Assembly (NCBI GenBank): GCA_002269645.1
Contig: NIVC01004391.1
Span: forward strand, 1 to 47,477
DNA from: Macrostomum lignano
Lineage: Eukaryota
Direction: 5' to 3'
DNA length: 47,477 nucleotides
In this document: positions 28,771-41,305 of the stretch, piece after piece
Layout: each line of letters starts with the position of its first letter
Position numbering within the stretch: position 1 is the stretch's first letter
Program-made: the position numbers and the translations under genes
Notes under the pieces: generated by a model
Databases searched by the model: none
What the model was told of the DNA's origin: nothing
Seen by the model: the letters and a program-made list of their open reading frames with translations, nothing else

Positions 28771-31700
28771 ACATGTACAAAAATGCAATGCTCATGAGTT
28801 CTGTGGTAGGTATTTGAAATTTGAATTCGAAGTAAGGTTGGGGAGGGAGGGATATAGTTGGCATAATATTAGGGCAGCACAGCAGAGCCTAGAGAGTAAG
28901 GTCGAGTCCTCATCAATTGCTCCCTTGCCCAGACTCTCCTCCCCTCTCTCCTACCCGCCTGAACAATCAGTTCGAGCAATCAGCGGGTCTCGGGGAGACT
29001 GCACTGCACAGCAATGCACATGCATGGCTTTGGGTGTACTTTTCTACTGGCGAATTGGGTGGGGGAGCTTGCGGTCAGAATCGGAATCGAACGGCGTTTA
29101 GCTAACTTGTGAAAATCTATAAAAACTTATAGAAGTAAAAACTTATATTTAAACAAAAATAATAACTCACGGCGTTGCAACTCTTTTGGGGTCGGCTTGT
29201 TGCACGAATTGAATAACGGGCAGTCGTCGTTTGTGCATGCAGACAGAATGAAGACTTAGGGAACTGGTATTACTATATTTTGTCTAATCCGATTGATTTA
29301 TATGAGTAATAAGAGACTAGCTAGAGACTAGATTTATTTGTTAATAGGTTTATTTGATAATAATCGTTTTATTATAAGAATAATGGCAAAAATAAAATTC
29401 TAAAATGCACGCTGTTTTAACATGCTTGCTCAATTATTATTTCAATTGAGACTAAATACGGACAAGGAGAGTAATGAATATTACCTTTGCTTTTCTCCTT
29501 GCCGCTACTATTATTAAGTCTCTCTGGTCTCGGTGTTGCGTTAACAGGGGGCCTATACTATTTAAGAGTTAAAACTGCGGGTGGAGAAGGTATGACGGAG
29601 GGGGTTGAGGTTTGGAGAAAGGAGAAGCCTTCAAAGCAATTGGCACGGAGGGGGCCAGAGAGAGAGGCAGAAAGAGCGAGAAGGCACTGTGTGCGTTGGG
29701 TTAGTGTCGTATAGTAAAATGGAGCGGAGGGGTAACGCCAGGTCCGCACGAGGCCCTGTCAGATCAGGACAAGCCCCGCTTCTCTCTCCAACACTTCTCT
29801 TCCCTCCTGCCCCCCGCGAGCGCAATTTCAACCCCCACTCCTCTAAGTTTCAATGTACATTGGTCGTGTGATAAGGGCAAAGCTAGATTGGAGCGCGGAG
29901 GGGGTGGTGGGTTCTAATGTTGTCCACCCCTAGCCCGCACGAAGCCCCCACCTCTAGTCAAACCCCCTTCCCGCACACTGTCGGGGAACTGGTCCAGTTA
30001 AAGGCAGGAAGGAGAGGGTGTCTGCTATAAAAAGCACTTCTCCGACGCAGCCCACCTTATTGCACAAGAATTATGCAACCAATAGATTCTCTGTACGCCG
30101 GGACCGACGAAGGGGTGGCGCCAGTGGCCGCCAACCCCCCTGTTCAACACGCAACGCATTTTGACTACAGACGCAATAGCCCGAGAGTGTGAGGCCGAGG
30201 CTGAGGGAGGGGAGAGAGAGATGACGCGAGTGCAAGGGAAGGAAAGGAGCTTGGTTGGTCGGGCGGACCCCAACAGGGCAAGTGCTTTCGTCATGCAATA
30301 GCGGGACAGGGGGTGGGTGGGTTTGACCTCATGAGGACACAGCCCCCAGGGCCAGCCCGAGGGACTGGCGTGGCAGTCTAAGGGAAAGAAGGGCCGGCCT
30401 CGCAAAACAACAGTCTGGGCTCCGGAGAGAGAAGCAATTGTGGCTGACTGGCTGATAGTAATAGTAATAACGCACAAAGAGAAGTGTGCGAAAAAAGCAA
30501 AATGAATGAAATTATACAACCGAAATTGAATAGTATGCGCACATGTCCGCGTTGCCCGATGGCCGATGCACAAAAAGTATTAAGCAAGGTTAATACATGA
30601 AGCAAGCAATTTGAATAGCAGAGAACTTGAATTATAAGCTCGGTAATCTAATAATTTTATGTTAATTTTCCTTACAGATCCTTGTCTTGTTTGTAGTACT
30701 CGTATAATTAGTGCCTGCCTCGGTGTTAAAACCTGGTTAAAGACAATGAAATCAAAGTTCCACTGTAAACGGTGGCTTGTTCGAAGTTTTTCTGATTAAC
30801 AGAAGATAACCATCCTTGCGATGTCAATATTTGCTTTATTCTCCACAATACTCTATAGGAATCTAATTTATTCCCTGCTTGACTGGAATACTTGTATCTC
30901 TGTGGACAGAACCGAAGCAGAAAAAGTAAAAAGAACAATGAAAGTTCACGAAGCTTCAGTTGAAGTTATTCTCATCGAAATGCAATGGCAATTGGTTTCC
31001 AATACGAACCCTGCTATGACTGAAGCAGTGAAGCTTCCTTGTTTGCCGGTTCCGTGGGTTCTGTCTTCTCGTCGAAGATGCAGGTTCCTGGTCCAATTAA
31101 TTAAGCTTCGACATCCGCGTCGTTTGCGTCAAATGTTATCGCTGGTAAAGCTTGTAAACGAATTACCCATTACCAACAGGCCCGAATGCAACTCTTGATA
31201 ATAGCTAGTCTAGACAGGAAATTGGTCTGATTGCATCTCGCAGATTTTGATGCCTCATCTGTTTACAATGAAGCTGCAGTGCGGTGTGTAAAACTATAGC
31301 TTTCACTGCCGCGTTGTTGCCAAGCAGGAGCCGCTAAATTTAATATCGATTTACTAATTAAAACTTTCTTGCATAAACTAAGAGGCGGACTATCACACCA
31401 GATAGCCAGGAAGTGATCTGCCATGGGTTGATTCTCGCGTCACACCAAATCATCTGCAATTATTAATCTATACAGCGAGTTGTCAAAGCCCTGATGATAA
31501 GCATGAAATTATAGCATTATCAATTTGTTAATCTTAAACGATGCATGCCGCACTTCGTGTGCAGCAAAAACAAAATTTGCGCTGCCCCGCGGCCTCAGTT
31601 GTGCGAAATTCGATTGCAATTAGAAACAGATTTGGAAGCAAGGGGAATCGGTGTTGAACCGGACCTGGAAATATCTGTCATCAAGGGTTGCAAGGGCCTG

Positions 31701-31861
31701 CAGTTAACTTCTAATGCAGACAATCAAAGCGCTGTCAGCTTCCATTGTAACGGAATTTCTATATTCTAATTTAAATCACCATTTAAAAAGGAATTGTAAA
31801 ACTGACCACAAAACCTGACTGCAGAAATGCTGAAATAGGATAGCTTCTTTGCGACCACGAG

Positions 31862-32146
31862 ACAGACAGGAACCCGACAGGACCCAACAGGGCCCAACAG
31901 GACCCGACAGGACCCGACAGGACCCGACAGGACCCGACAGGACCCGACAGGACCCGACAGGACCCGACAGGACCCGACAGGACCCGACAGGACCCGACAG
32001 GACCCGACAGGACCCGACAGGACCCGACAGGACCCGACAGGACCCGACAGGACCCGACAGGACCCGACAGGACCCGACAGGACCCGACAGGACCCGACAG
32101 GACCCGACAGGACCCGACAGGACCCGACAGGACCCGACAGGACCCG
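31862..32146. repeat. 10-nt perfect tandem repeat (gacccgacag)
   Basis: About 27 nearly identical copies. Confidence 0.97.
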
Positions 32147-32864
32147 TAATAAAGACCGTAAATTATAGTCTTTGTCAAATGAATTTCATTCGACATTTGA
32201 TGCCTGCGTGCCAAAGCGGCCTTGTCAGTCGAAATTCCTCTGCTCTTCAAACAACACTGCTGAACAACTTTGACCTTTGTTGAAAGGTTAAAGAAGTAAA
32301 TTTGAAAGGTCAAATCTTACAAAGACATGCCCAACGCCAAACAGGCGGTGTGCCTTTGTTAACTTTAAGAGCAAGCCCGCATCTTGTACCGAAGCAGATT
32401 TATAGCATTAATAAAACTCGAATAGCGTCTCAAAGTTTACAACTCAAAAAGGACCACCAGCACAGAAATCAAAGTGATTTTTATCTTCGCAAAAATTGAG
32501 TTGCCATGCAAAAACCGCTGATAACTCAGTTGCAAAAATCAAAGAGGTTTATGGCCCCCCTGCCCGGTTACGCAAACAAGGAGAAGTTGTGGGTTTTTTT
32601 ACAACCCATTAGCTCAAACGTCACGTGAACTATGGTGGTGGACCAGGGGACATGGGAGAAATAGAATTGAAAGCACCCGTGCATGGTCCACCCCGTGTTG
32701 GGGCAAACTTCCTTCACTTTCGGAATGAAGTGAATCAAAATGGTTTTCTGTTAATTCTGAAAATTGAGGTTTCAAAAAACTTTCAATAGGACTATAAAAC
32801 GTTTGGATCACTTTTTAATTCACGGTTGTTTAAAAGTAGAACGAACTGGAGTTACCGGAAGTAG

Positions 32865-33305
32865 CTGACACCCACAATGACACCTACAATGACTCAACTG
32901 ACACCCACAATGACTCAACTGACACCTACAATAACTCAACTGACACCTACAATGACTCAACTGACACCTACAATGACTCAACTGACACCTACAATGACTC
33001 AACTGACACCCACAATGACTCAACTGACACCTACAATGACTCAACTGACGCCTACAATGACTCAACTGACACCTACAATGACTCAACTGACACCTACAAT
33101 AACTCAACTGACACCTACAATGACTCAACTGACACCTACAATGACTCAACTGACACCTACAATGACTCAACTGACACCTACAATGACTCAACTGACACCT
33201 ACAATAACTCAACTGACACCTACAATAACTCAACTGACACCTACAATGACTCAACTGACACCTACAATAACTCAACTGACACCCAAACATCTCTCAACTG
33301 ACACC
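32865..33305. repeat. 21-nt minisatellite (tgacacctacaatgactcaac)
   Basis: About 20 copies. Confidence 0.95.
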
Positions 33306-33789
33306 AGAAACGACACACCAGGCATTACAAAAAACGGGCCTTCTGGCTTCACAACCTTATTCATCATGCGTAAGAAAATGTCAAACCCATTGAAAATATG
33401 TCAAAAAGGAAAAAACACAAACTGGAATATAGTGAGGCAACGATCAGTTTACGCTTTCAGTGCAAATGCCTAGCATAATTTCTTTTAATTCCCGAGGTTC
33501 GCATTCCATTTTACTAGTTTGGCTTGTGTCATTTGTATCAGTGTTTCTGCAAACAAAGGCTTTGCACCCCCTTTGCCGCTCTGGTACTGTGTGTAGTGTG
33601 TCCCCCGGGTGCAGATCAATGACAAAGCATTGCGATATTGCGTAATCATTTGCATTGTGGCTTTGTTGGTCCTAATAATGGCCTCAGTTAAATGTGTCAT
33701 TATTATGTAAGTAATAGTAGTAAAATCAAACCAATATTCCTTTGGTAGTCTGTCCGAACAAGCATTTTAATTTTACCTGAACTCTATTG

Positions 33790-34300
33790 AGGTGCTGTTT
33801 TTGAGGGTGCTGCTGTCTTTGAGGGTGCTGTCTTTGAGGGTGTTGCTGTCTTTGAGGGTGCTGTCTTTGAGGGTGCTGCGGTCTTTGAGGGTGCTGCTGT
33901 CTTTGAGGGTGCTGCTGTCTTTGAGGGTGCTGTCTTTGAGGGTGCTGTCTTTGAGGGTGCTGTCTTTGAGGGTGCTGTCTTTGAGGGTGTTGTCTTTGAG
34001 GGTGCTGTCTTTGAGGGTGCTGTCTTTGAGGGTGCTGTCTTTGAGGGTGCTGTCTTTGAGGGTGCTGTCTTTGAGGGTGTTGTCTTTGAGGGTGCTGTCT
34101 TTGAGGGTGTTGTCTTTGAGGGTGCTGTCTTTGAGGGTGCTGTCTTTGAGGGTGCTGTCTTTGAGGGTGCTGTCTTTGAGGGTGCTGCTGTGTTTGAGGA
34201 TGCTGTCTTTGAGGGTGCTGCTGTGTTTGAGGATGCTGTCTTTGAGGGTGCTGCTGTGTTTGAGGGTGCTGTCTTTGAGGGTGCTGCTGTCTTTGAGGGG
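33790..34300. repeat. 15/18-nt minisatellite (gtctttgagggtgct +/- gct)
   Basis: About 32 copies. Confidence 0.95.
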
Positions 34301-34784
34301 GATCTCATAGTTTGAAACAGTCGGATAGGTCAATACGCCTTGTTTTTCTGGGCCATAGCCCACTAATATCTTGAGAGTGACTTACTTACGCTCGCAGCAG
34401 TCTACTTAGAGTAGGATTTCTGCACATTTATAAATCACGCGAATGTTTCAGTAATTGGCTCACGAAAATATGACAGACAGTTCCCATAGCACTGGGTTCT
34501 CTACTTGAGTGAAATTTCATAAATTCTGTACGGCAAATAAAGCTATAAGGTGCTGCAGTTTATTGACAGGAAGTGGCCACGAGCTATGCCGTGACTAAAA
34601 GAGTGAAGTTTCATTTACCTGGCAGGAATCCAAACTCAGAATTGCTTCCGATATGACTAAACTTGGACTAAAAACTTTATTCAGACTTTAAGAACTTTTT
34701 TACCTTTTGAAATGAGCATTGCGCAGTTTTGTGCCATCGTTAACTAGAAAATTATTTAAAAGCTTTTTTTAACTGTCAGAGGAT

Positions 34785-36175
34785 TCCTGAGTATTCTGTC
34801 AGATGATTGCTGAGTATTCTGTCAGATGATTGCTGAGTATTCTGTCAGATGATTGCTGAGTATTCTGTCAGATGATTGCTGAGTATTCTGTCAGATGATT
34901 GCTGAGTATTCTGTCAGATGATTGCTGAGTATTCTGTCAGATGATTGCTGAGTAATCTGTCAGAGGATTGCTGAGTATTCTGTCAGTTGATTGCTGAGTA
35001 TTCTGTCAGATGATTGCTGAGTATTCTGTCAGATGATTGCTGAGTATTCTGTCAGATGATTGCTGAGTATTCTGTCAGATGATTGCTGAGTAATCTGTCA
35101 GAGGATTGCTGAGTATTCTGTCAGTTGATTGCTGAGTATTCTGTCAGATGATTGCTGAGTATTCTGTCAGATGATTGCTGAGTATTCTATCAGATGATTG
35201 CTGAGTATTCTGTCAGATGATTGCTGAGTATTCTGTCAGATGATTGCTGAGTATTCTGTCAGATGATTGCTGAGTATTCTATCAGATGACTGCTGAGTAT
35301 TCTGTCAGATGATTGCTGAGTATTCTGTCAGATGATTGCTGAGTATTCTATCAGATGATTGCTGAGTATTCTGTCAGATGATTGCTGAGTATTCTGTCAG
35401 ATGATTGCTGAGTATTCTGTCAGATGATTGCTGAGTATTCTGTCAGATGATTGCTGAGTAATCTGTCAGAGGATTGCTGAGTATTCTGTCAGTTGATTGC
35501 TGAGTATTCTGTCAGATGATTGCTGAGTATTCTGTCAGATGATTGCTGAGTATTCGGTCAGATGATTGCTGAGTATTCTGTCAGATGATTGCTGAGTATT
35601 CTGTCAGATGATTGCTGAGTATTCTGTCAGATGATTGCTGAGTATTCTATCAGATGATTGCTGAGTATTCTGTCAGATGATTGCTGAGTATTCTGTCAGA
35701 TGATTGCTGAGTATTCTATCAGATGATTGCTGAGTATTCTGTCAGATGATTGCTGAGTATTCTGTCAGATGATTGCTGAGTATTCTGTCAGATGATTGCT
35801 GAGTATTCTATCAGATGATTGCTGAGTATTCTGTCAGATGATTGCTGAGTATTCTGTCAGATGATTGCTGCAGATGATTGCTGAGTATTCTGTCAGATGA
35901 CTGCTGAGTATTCTATCAGATGACTGCTGAGTATTCTATCAGATGACTGCTGAGTATTCTGTCAGATGATTGCTGAGTATTCTGTCAGATGACTGCTGAG
36001 TATTCTGTCAGATGACTGCTGAGTATTCTGTCAGATGACTGCTGAGTATTCTATCAGATGACTGCTGAGTATTCTATCAGATGACTGCTGAGTATTCTAT
36101 CAGATGACTGCTGAGTATTCTATCAGATGACTGCTGAGTATTCTATCAGATGACTGCTGAGTATTCTGTCAGATG
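34785..36175. repeat. 23-nt minisatellite (tgctgagtattctgtcagatgat)
   Basis: About 60 copies; the longest array in the window. Confidence 0.97.
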
Positions 36176-37274
36176 CGACAAATAGTAATTGGTTTGTTAA
36201 ACTCTGCATATTTCATAATCAATATTCATATCTAATATAACTCAAAGCAGTTTTTAATGACGCCAGCCAATCAGGGCAACGCAAAATAGTGAATTATTCT
36301 CATAAAATCAGGTTGAGGACGTACTTTACAGTTGCATGACAAACACACATTGAATAAAAAGCCATGTCGACAGGACACATCGCAATAAAAATTGATGAAA
36401 TTGATATTGTCGGAACAGTGACCACATGACAGGTAGAGGCTGATGTCAGTCCACAGGCTGTTCTTGATGCTGCATGTTGAATTGGAACAGGGGATAACTG
36501 TCCCATTCATCCAGACAAGCCCCTATGCCCAGCTGCGTTACCCGGCCACTCAGTCGGGCTGCTGCTGGCTTTGAGTTGGAAAGAAATCCCTTTCAGATGA
36601 GACTCGATAGACAAGGAGAGCTTTGAGCAGAGAGAAGCACCTGACCCCACCGCCCGCAGGTTGCGTGGTAATTAACTGGCGGATAGGCGGAGGCTTGCGG
36701 CCCGGCCGCCTTCGGTCCCGCTCATTTCTCCTGCTTTTTCTTCCCCTTCTGCTTTTTCAACACGCTTCATCTGGGAGGCTGAAGATGAGAAATCGGATAG
36801 CAGTGAGGCCCGGCCAGACAGATGTGTTATTGCTGAAACCGAGCAAATTCTCAGTAAATGTGTGTAATCGGCTTTTTTAACTGAAGCCTAATAAAGAAAC
36901 TCAGAAAGAGACAGCAAGTCTCACGGAGGCAGCTGTGCGAATCGATGAAGCCGCACTTTCTCTCTCTCTCTCTCAGTTCTTCTCAAACACTAACTCCAGA
37001 GCGACTTCCTTTGCAAAATCCTCTCCTGTCGCTCTCTCTGCTTCTTCCCTAGCCAAAATGACCCCCTGTGACGCCTTGTAGCACTCAGCAAATTTCATAA
37101 TCCGAGTATTCTCTTGAGCACACTGCTTCCGTGTGTTTACTCGATTGTAACGCCTTGTGCAATGTTTGTTGAGGACTGAACTCATTTCCTGCTGGACTTC
37201 TGGGATACGCAACTCTCCTGCACCCACTCTGTTGAACTATGCACTTACTATGAACTATGAACTATGCACTCTTT

Positions 37275-37915
37275 CACCCACCCCTCCTGCACCCACCCCT
37301 CTTCCTGCACCCATCCCTCCTCTTGCACCCATCCCTCCTTTTGCACACACTCCTCCTCTTGTACACACCCCTCCTCTTGCACCCACCCCTCCTATTGCAC
37401 ACACCCTGCCTCCTGCACCCACCCCTCCTCTTGCACCCACCCCTCCTCCTGCACCCACCCCTCCACTTGCACCCACCCCTCCTCTTCCCCCCTCCTCTTG
37501 CACCCAGCCCTCCTCCTGCACCCGCCCCTCCACTTGCACCCACCCCTCCTCTTCCCCCCTCCTCTTGCACCCAGCCCTCCTATTCCCCGCTCCACTTGCA
37601 CCCACCCCTCCTCTTCCCCCCTCCTCTTGCACCCAGCCCTCCTCTTCCCCCTCCTCTTGCACCCACCCCTCCACTTGCACCCACCCCTCCTCTTCCCCCC
37701 TCCTCTTGCACCCAGCCCTCCTATTCCCCCCTCCACTTGCACCCACCCCTCCTCTTCCCCCCTCCTCTTGCACCCAGCCCTCCTCTTCCCCCCTCCTCTT
37801 GCACCCACCCCTCCTCTTCCCCCTCCACTTGCACCCAGCCCTCCTCCTGCACCCACCCCTCCTATTTCACCCTACCCTCCTCTCGCACCCAGCCCTCCTC
37901 CTCCACCCACCCTCC
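37275..37915. repeat. C-rich complex repeat (cacccacccctcctcttg variants) beginning ~40 nt 3' of the DOK-like stop
   Basis: Strongly strand-asymmetric pyrimidine/C-rich tandem units (G-rich on the transcribed strand). Confidence 0.9.
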
Positions 37916-37953
37916 TTCGAAGCCAATTTCGCTATAAGTTCTCGTAAAACTTT

Positions 37954-39315
37954 CTAAGCCACTGCCTCAGTCTTTTTGTCATGTCTGTGCCTCAGACTTC
38001 GCGATACGCGTCTGATGCTCTTAATAACAGAGCGCCTTCGGCTGGGTTTCTCGTCCAGGTGCGACAGCGAAGCCACCGATGACGCGCTTGAGCTGCCATC
38101 GCCGCCGCCGCCGCCGCCAGCGTCTCCGGGCCCGCCGCCTCCGCCGGAGGAGGTCGACGATGCGACGCTCACATCAGACTGGTGGTGCGCGAAGGCCCAG
38201 CCAGTCTCCTTCAGCCGCTGCTTCTTGAAGAAGCTGAACCGGCCGAAAGAGCCGCGACGTCGACACGGCGACGGAGTCTTTGATGGACCGCCGGCGGCCC
38301 CAGCGTCGAGTTGAAATCGGGAGCGCGGACGGTGGGCGTTAAACGAGGCGTCTCGACGTCGAACACTGCTGCCGCGCAGCTGGTGACCTCCCGGTTGCTG
38401 TTTCGACGGCGACAGCTGCTGCTGCTGCTGCTGCAGAGGTCGCCGACAGCTTGGCCGCAGGCACGGATCGCTCGGCCACTTCCTGATGAACTTGCCGCCG
38501 AGGAGCTGCTTGAACAGCGCGTGCAGCTGCCGGGCCCGGCTGCACTGCAGCGCCAAGTAGCCGCCCTGCTGGCCGACTGCGGACGACGAGGTGGCGTACT
38601 GCACGAACAGCCAGCCGTTCAGCGAGCCGTACTTCACGATGTTCACCAGCGGGCAGGGCAGGATGCACGACTGGTTGACGTCCTGCAGTTCAAAGCTGTC
38701 CTGAGTGACGCGCAGGACGTAGAGATAGTCCGAGCAGAGGCCGAGACTCTGCACCGTCAGGTTGTTCAGCAGCTTCACCACCCAGCTGCGGCCGCCGTCG
38801 GCCAGGGCAGCAGCGGCCTCGGACGCTTCGGCGCAGCTGCCCCGGCCGAGGCCGCTGTGCAGCCGGTCGAAGAGGTCCAGGAAGACGCCGATGGGCCGTC
38901 GGCAGGCGTGCAGGAAGCTGTAGATCTTGTCGATCTCCATGTAGCGCTCGTGGTACAGATTCACGGTGCCGCCAGTCAACAGGCTGCTCTGCCGCAGCGT
39001 CAGGCAGTACACTCTGGTGCGCTGAACCTCCCGACAAGACAGGCTGGCGTCCTTCAGGCTGCTCAAAGGCATCGACTTCTTCAGCACCGTCCGATTGTCG
39101 AATGCGGCCGCGATTGGCTGCTTCTTTGACGGGGCCGCCGTTGTTGAAGCGCCCGACGAGTTGACTTCGGCCACGATGCACAGCGTCGCAGTCAGCTTGC
39201 GGGTCTTGACGGTGACTCGAACCCGGCTGTAGTTGGAGTCCAGGTGCCAGGGAGCCAGGAGACTCCCAGCCCGGCGGAAGTAGTTCTTGTTCATGAAGAC
39301 AAGAACGCTCTCCAT
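37954..39315 (-). CDS. Intronless DOK/IRS-like adaptor: putative N-terminal PH domain plus IRS-type PTB domain, 453 aa
   Basis: ATG in the context gcagccATGG with GC3-rich codons. The segment SWVVKLLNN...YLYVLRVTQDSFEL...CPLVNIVKYGSLNGWLFVQY...GYLALQCSRARQLHALFKQLL aligns by eye to the DOK PTB (FWVTVQ...YVLRVEAERLTL...[21 protein letters not shown]...GTFTFQTAQGNDIFQAV). The PH assignment is weaker. Confidence 0.7.
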   Translation of the reverse strand: MESVLVFMNKNYFRRAGSLLAPWHLDSNYSRVRVTVKTRKLTATLCIVAEVNSSGASTTAAPSKKQPIAAAFDNRTVLKKSMPLSSLKDASLSCREVQRTRVYCLTLRQSSLLTGGTVNLYHERYMEIDKIYSFLHACRRPIGVFLDLFDRLHSGLGRGSCAEASEAAAALADGGRSWVVKLLNNLTVQSLGLCSDYLYVLRVTQDSFELQDVNQSCILPCPLVNIVKYGSLNGWLFVQYATSSSAVGQQGGYLALQCSRARQLHALFKQLLGGKFIRKWPSDPCLRPSCRRPLQQQQQQLSPSKQQPGGHQLRGSSVRRRDASFNAHRPRSRFQLDAGAAGGPSKTPSPCRRRGSFGRFSFFKKQRLKETGWAFAHHQSDVSVASSTSSGGGGGPGDAGGGGGGDGSSSASSVASLSHLDEKPSRRRSVIKSIRRVSRSLRHRHDKKTEAVA

Positions 39316-40284
39316 GGCTGCTGGTCAGGCAGGCTTGAGAGCGGGCTAGCTGACCATGGCTGGGGCTGCTCGGAAATGAATATGAAGGGGTCAGTGGAAT
39401 GGGCCTGACTGCTTCGGAAGTCCCTGCCTTGATTTGACCAACGAATGGATAACCGCTCCAGTCTCTTGAGAGCAGCCATTAAAATTTGAGAATCAGAAAT
39501 TACTTTTTTGCATTTTAATTCTTTGATTGTAGATTTTTTTTAAATGTTCTTATTTTTCTGTTTGTGACTGGAGAGGACGTGGGCTCTGCTCCCCCCCCCA
39601 TTCCAGGCGATTCTCCCGCGGGATTTGGCGGATGGAGCTGGGGAAGAGAGCCGAGAGGAGGATGCAGGATGCTGGCTCAAGCCCTGGGCAACACTCCCTC
39701 GGCCGCCGAGTCGGGAGTTTTCCCGAAACTTGTGAAGGAGGATGAGGCCGGGGTGGGGAATATTTGGCCAGACGGGGATCAGGGAGAATGAGGACTCGGG
39801 GGGGGGTGACGAGTCCCGGCTGTAGTGAGGAAATATGCCCGGATTATAAATGTTTCAATCTCCGGGACATGCTGGGCACAGCGGGCTTGGCGGGCGAGTG
39901 AGCACGAAGGGGTGGAAAGGTTATGAGGCGATTAGTTCCGCAAAAAAGGAGGAAGCAAAGAAAGAAAATGCCACTCGGTCGGCTGCTGTCCCTGCACGCT
40001 ACTGATCCCTCTTGATTTTCCCAGGCAGTCAATCAGCGGGTTTGACAAGTCAGAGACACTCTGAGCCCCTTTTTGTCTGCTGATCTATTGCCCTCTAGCA
40101 GAGCTAATGAAATGCAGAGTCAGGGAGGGAACTGGGGGGGGGGGTTACTGCTTGGCGGAAGCGCTCAATTGGGAGACCTTGAGTTCATCTTTTTAATGGA
40201 TGATAAGCTGCTTGAAAAGCTAAAATATCAGAATTGAATTAATCAAAAACGAAATGAATTAGCAGTTGATTACGTAAAAGTTTA

Positions 40285-40665
40285 GGAGGATCTGGGAGGA
40301 TGGCTGTGGTCCAGCAACTGGATCTAGGAGGCTGACTCAGCAACAGGGGATCTCAGAGGCTGGCCCAGCAACTGAGGATCTGGCAGGCTGGCTCAGAAAC
40401 TGACGATCCGGGAGGCTGGCCTAGCAACTGAGGATCTGGGAGGCTGGCCCAGCAACTGAGGATCTGGCAGGCTGGCTCAGCAACTGAGGATCTGGCAGGC
40501 TGGCTCAGCAACTGAGGATCTGGGAGGCTGGCGCAGCAACTGAGGATCTGGGAGGCTGGCCCAGCAACTGAGGATCTGGGAGGCTGGCGCAGCAACTGAG
40601 GATCCGGGAGGCTGGCGCAGCAACTGAGGATCTGGGAGGCTGGCCCAGCAACTGAGGATCTGGGA
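40285..40665. repeat. 27/28-nt minisatellite, copy B (same family as 23900-24650)
   Basis: gaggatctgggaggctggcccagcaact units in the same orientation as copy A. Confidence 0.93.
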
Positions 40666-40904
40666 TTGGGCCCCTTTCTGAATGTGCCAGGAATACCTGT
40701 TAATTTCCGAATAGTTGCCGGGAATAAACTCTTTGAAGTAGAGAAAGAGAAACAATGACACGATTTTCAGACTAACATATTGCAGCAGAGCTGAGAGAGA
40801 GGAACAGAAAAGTTCAACCCAGTTCGAGGACCCGACAAAGGAGCGAAATCCGGGACAAACTGGCGGGGCCCGAAAGCTTTCCGCGCTTTGAGGGAAAATT
40901 GAAA

Positions 40905-41305
<401 letters not shown>

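Noticed and set aside
29171-29238. Candidate first exon of the NFIL3-like gene (MHKRRLPVIQFVQQADPKRVAT, donor gtgagt)
   Set aside because: It is phase-compatible with the 26402 acceptor but not with the 27018-27159 candidate exon, so it cannot be resolved without transcripts.
30026-30034. TATA box (TATAAAAAG) in a GC/GA-rich region, plus the 125-aa ORF at 30821-31198
   Set aside because: No supported plus-strand gene downstream, and the orientation is wrong for the NFIL3-like gene.
32877-34363. Mucin-like (MTQLTPT)n and (STLKD)n ORFs
   Set aside because: Units of 21 and 15 nt are stop-free by construction and open on both strands. No signal peptide, splice context or synonymous-biased variation is evident.
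31862-36175. Regular repeats resembling CRISPR arrays
   Set aside because: The units are head-to-tail with no unique spacers, no cas genes are present, and the context is eukaryotic.
36271-37227. Cys-rich 79-aa ORF and an 84-aa ORF on the minus strand
   Set aside because: No clean PHD/RING spacing, no splice linkage to the neighbouring gene and no recognisable family.
38311-39129. 272-aa antisense ORF opposite the DOK-like gene, and similar antisense ORFs over the NFIL3, tektin and sacsin exons
   Set aside because: Shadow frames are expected from GC3-rich codon usage.
30070-40277. Several TTAYGYAA octamers upstream of the NFIL3-like gene
   Set aside because: A rough expectation for these octamers in AT-rich DNA is similar to the number seen, and they also occur elsewhere in the window.
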